DNA from: Eutreptiella sp. 'Long Island Sound 2002'
Lineage: Eukaryota > Protista > Euglenida
Length of the DNA stretch: 64,000 bases
NCBI GenBank assembly: GCA_964036045.1
Contig: OZ038378.1
Location: 158,162,001-158,226,000, forward strand
Reading direction: 5' to 3'
Position 1 is the stretch's first letter. Each line of letters opens with the position of its first letter. Shown here piece after piece: positions 60,693 to 64,000 of the stretch. A program made the position numbers and the translations under genes. Under the pieces are notes generated by a model. The model saw only the letters and a program-made list of their open reading frames with translations. It searched no databases and was not told where the DNA came from.

Positions 60693-61499
60693 CTGCCCTC
60701 ATCTCCATTACAAAAAATAGCCAATAGTGGTGACTTTTGCAAAAACCTAATGGGTATGGACATCATGCACTCACTGACACGCAGGGGATGGAAATGCTTC
60801 GGACCCGTGTGGTTTGGCCCACAAAAATCAGTGCCGTGCTCACTTGGCTGGTTTGTAAAACTTTGGATCAGGCCTTCTGGGGCGCTTAGTAAGAAAAAGG
60901 AGCTACCATGTCTTTCTTGGGCCCTTTGGCTGGGTTATAGCCCCCATGTGTTGTACAGCCCTTCCGACTTTTCCTATGGCTGCATTTTTGTGGTATTCTC
61001 ATGCTTGAGGCACATCTATATCAAAGCTATGCTGATGTGACTGTGATCACACAAGCAGTTCGGCAACCCCCATGAAGTTCACCCCTACCACTCCAAGGAG
61101 CAGAGGTATCATCCTTCAAGGAGGCAAATACCAAAATGAAGTGGACAGCTTTGCCTCCCTGTGTAGGTTCAGTTTGTCCGCGAAAAAAATTGAACGGTTT
61201 TACGAACAAAGCAAAACACAATTCAAGCATATTGTGGCTCCTCGCTGCTTTCCCAGGCAAAATTGCAAAAACAATCTGGAACAAATAAGACAGGCAAATA
61301 AAACCCCAGTTAGCAAAGCTAACAATCGGTCCCATTTGCACTCCCAATCAACCTGGATATGCTGTTGTTCGTTTTGGTGTCATGCTCTAAAGCGCCCTAT
61401 GGTGTATGCCCCGGCTATTGTTTGATTCGCATGGTTGTACACGGCTTCAAGCAGTTCAAGGTGTCCTTTCATCCGTAACCGTTGTTGTTTGCCAATGGG

Positions 61500-62750
61500 G
61501 GCAAATAGAGCCGGAACGCACAGCATAGAAGGTAAAAAATGGTAGGAAAAAGCTGGGTATACTGCTTAGGATTTTTGAGAATGCTCAGCATGTATCCTCA
61601 ACAAATGAGACTCATATCGCAGGGTACATTTCAGAAATGGGGACCTCAATTTCTCCCTTCTCGAGCGACTTCAGAATTTTCATGGTTGGGAACTTTTTGG
61701 ACTAGTTGCTGGTACACATCACTCTAAAAATCCACGGAAAAAATTCAGTACCCATTCCAATACTGCTCACTGAGCGCTCCGAGTTGATGACTTTTAGTGG
61801 GTTCATTCCAAGATCTTTAAGAAATGCACGGCATCCGTCGCCGAGCGGGGAATCAACAGACTCCAGCAAAACCACATCCGGAGTTCTGATTTTCATACCA
61901 TCAGCGAAATTTCTTTGCACTGTAACACACATCAACATGGGTTCATCTCCTTGGAACTGATTTCTGGCTTTTGGGGGCAAGTATAGATCCTTCGGGCCAT
62001 CGAAGCGCATCAAAAATCCCACCTACAAATCCAGTCCAGCATTAAGATATCGTTCATTTTGGACGACATAGTCATGTTCATCCAATCCTGCAGGACCACC
62101 AGCTGCTCGCTGTTGGTAGTCGTCGGCATCTCCTTGCCTGGGGTCCCATACTTCTTGGGAGTCTTTGGCGTTCATTCGGCCTAACCTCCTTGTGTGGGGG
62201 ATCGGGGAAGTGATGGGCCGTAGAAACAGCTCGATGCGTTGCTCAGTATGCAGCAACCGCTGCTCTATAGGTAGTGAAGGTGTCGATCACCTCCGCAATG
62301 CACAATGAGGAACAAGAAGTCTGGGGCAGGAAATACGGGTAGAGGATGAGCTTCAGGAGCTATGTGAACCCTGTTGACAGTCTCCTCCCCAGGAAATCCA
62401 CTATGGCGTGCAATGGTTGAAACCACTATAGGACTTTTGGATCAATATTTGGTAGCCCCAGTGACAGACGGTCCTTGCTGGTCTTGTCTTGCGTGGGGTG
62501 TGCTGACGAACCGTACTACTTGTTTGTTGACCAAGACCGGCTGCACTCAGCTGGCAATGGGCTGCTGTGAGCCCCTGGGCTGTCAAAGACAAAGCAGCTG
62601 AGCCCGTCGTTAAGGAGTGCGGAGAGGGGTTGTCCTGTATGATCGTGTGTTCGTATATCGGTGCGCAAGACATCAAAAATAAAGGGCCTACAGCTGGCCC
62701 ACGTGGACACCGATGCCGGGATTTGATGGCACCGGAAAAAAAATCAACAA
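61500..62750 (-). pseudogene. Decayed processed pseudogene downstream of SL copy 3
   Basis: Protein-like segments broken by stops and frameshifts (FDVLRTDIRTHDHTGQPLSALLNDG; ERYLNAGLDL*VGFLMRFDGPKDLYLP; ESVDSPLGDGCRAFLKDLG). Parent gene not identified; 3' limit uncertain. Confidence 0.55.
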
Positions 62751-62773
62751 GAAAAAATAGACACTCAGAAAAT
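62751..62773 (-). other. Genomic copy of euglenid spliced leader (SL copy 3)
   Basis: Minus strand ATTTTCTGAGTGTCTATTTTTTC. Confidence 0.9.
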
Positions 62774-62925
62774 ACATTCAGGTTTGCCCCGGGGTGGCTC
62801 GCCAGTGTTTGGCGCAATTGTATGCCGTAGTACAACAAGAATAGCGTCGATGAGAGGGGGCAGCCCTCTGTCATTCGCCTTGTGGGGTGTATGGGTAATT
62901 CACGGCCGTGCACAAACAACACGGC
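62774..62925 (-). pseudogene. LINE RT fragment truncated at SL copy 3
   Basis: IHPTRRMTEGCPLSSTLFLLYY..HPGANLNVF, ending just before the expected xxDD catalytic motif. Confidence 0.75.
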
Positions 62926-63599
62926 GGGTGTGGGGGAATGTTTGTCCGGAGCACGCCCGGCGCGCTACCTTTCTATTAACTATCCCGACTTCAGCCCGAA
63001 ATTTACCCTCTGATGGAGAAGGCCCCCCAAATAGACCATGATGGACTGCGCACCTTCCCTACAAAGCACGTTGCATAATTAGACAATAGCCGTGAATTCA
63101 GCAACTCCAAATGTCATTTGTATTTTACTTAACAAACGGTACTTTGCCTTTACCTTTCCCATAGATTTCGCTATGGTAATGAGTCCCCAAGCCGCAAGCG
63201 GTTTGGACGGCGCTTCTGCCTCACGTCACAAGAACGAAGTGCAAACTCAGTATTCGCTACATCACCCCTGCCTTCTCGGGGTCCCCATGGTGGGGAGAAA
63301 TCAATATGGCTACATTACCCCTGCTTTCTTGGGGTCCCCATGGTGGAGAGAAATCAACCTAGTAAGGAGTGGATGTGGTGGAAACGAGCAAAAAAAAAGG
63401 AAGAAATTGGTGAAACTGGGTGAGAATCCAAATATACCACATCCCAAATGTGAAAGAAGCATCAAAACACCCGTTGTCAAACAACAATAATGCCCATAGT
63501 ATCACAAAGTATGGGGTTCTAGGACGGCTAGACGTCCAAATAGTTGCACTGCGCGCGCACTGCGCTTAGTGCACCCCCTAAAAGGTCACCAGTGGGGCA

Positions 63600-63810
63600 T
63601 GGGTCAAAAAAGATGCCCGGCGCGCTAACGCTCCCCCTGTGTTCTGGTATACTTCCCCAATGAACCGCAAAAGGGGTTCGGGGGCATCTGCGGTCTTAAT
63701 GAGGTCCGTGAGCATAAGGCTAGGGACAGAGGGGAAGGTGTTAGCCACGTCCAGCAGGGCCAGATGAACTCCGTGAGTATGTAAGTCGTTCAAGATCACA
63801 AAGGAAGGAA
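63600..63810 (-). pseudogene. Upstream RT fragment of the same decayed LINE
   Basis: HLALLDVANTFPSVP..PEPLLRFIGEVY, the RT D-x-x-K-A-F region; separated from 62774-62925 by about 0.7 kb of other repeats. Confidence 0.65.
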
Positions 63811-64000
63811 AAGCCTGCACGCGCGCACACGGTGCGCGCTGCCCGCGCAGATGTACAATGGGTTGGTGCAGTGGTCTGTTTGAATGCCACAAATCCACGA
63901 GACAACAATATTCATTGGGTTGGGGGGGTCAAAAATGTCGAAAAAAATTGACCCCCCCATTTTTGGGTCGAAAATCATGAATCTTTTGGTTTTTTCAATT

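Overview
Repeat-rich eukaryotic nuclear DNA, most likely from a euglenid. Three minus-strand matches to the euglenid spliced leader (SL, consensus ...TTTCTGAGTGTCTATTTTTT(TT)CG) and a short (TTAGGG)3 tract point to this. Most of the window is transposon debris: a nearly complete but frameshifted APE-RT-RNase H LINE (about 15.0-23.1 kb, minus) whose RT is split by two tandem Helitron2/Helentron-like non-autonomous elements, fragments of a second LINE family (one ORF carries a 2A-like peptide), several copies of a tRNA-headed SINE-like repeat, MITEs, satellites and a 200-N gap. Only two long intact host-type ORFs are present, both intronless and both directly preceded by a genomic copy of the SL: an LRR plus EF-hand protein (about 852 aa) and an FkbH-ACP-ankyrin fusion (about 1258 aa). 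A third SL copy heads a decayed pseudogene that abuts a LINE RT fragment. The most notable inference is that SL-capped mRNAs are being retroposed back into the genome, possibly over more than one round. All domain calls come from motif recognition by eye; no database search was run. Poly(A) tails and convincing target-site duplications were not found for the retrocopies.
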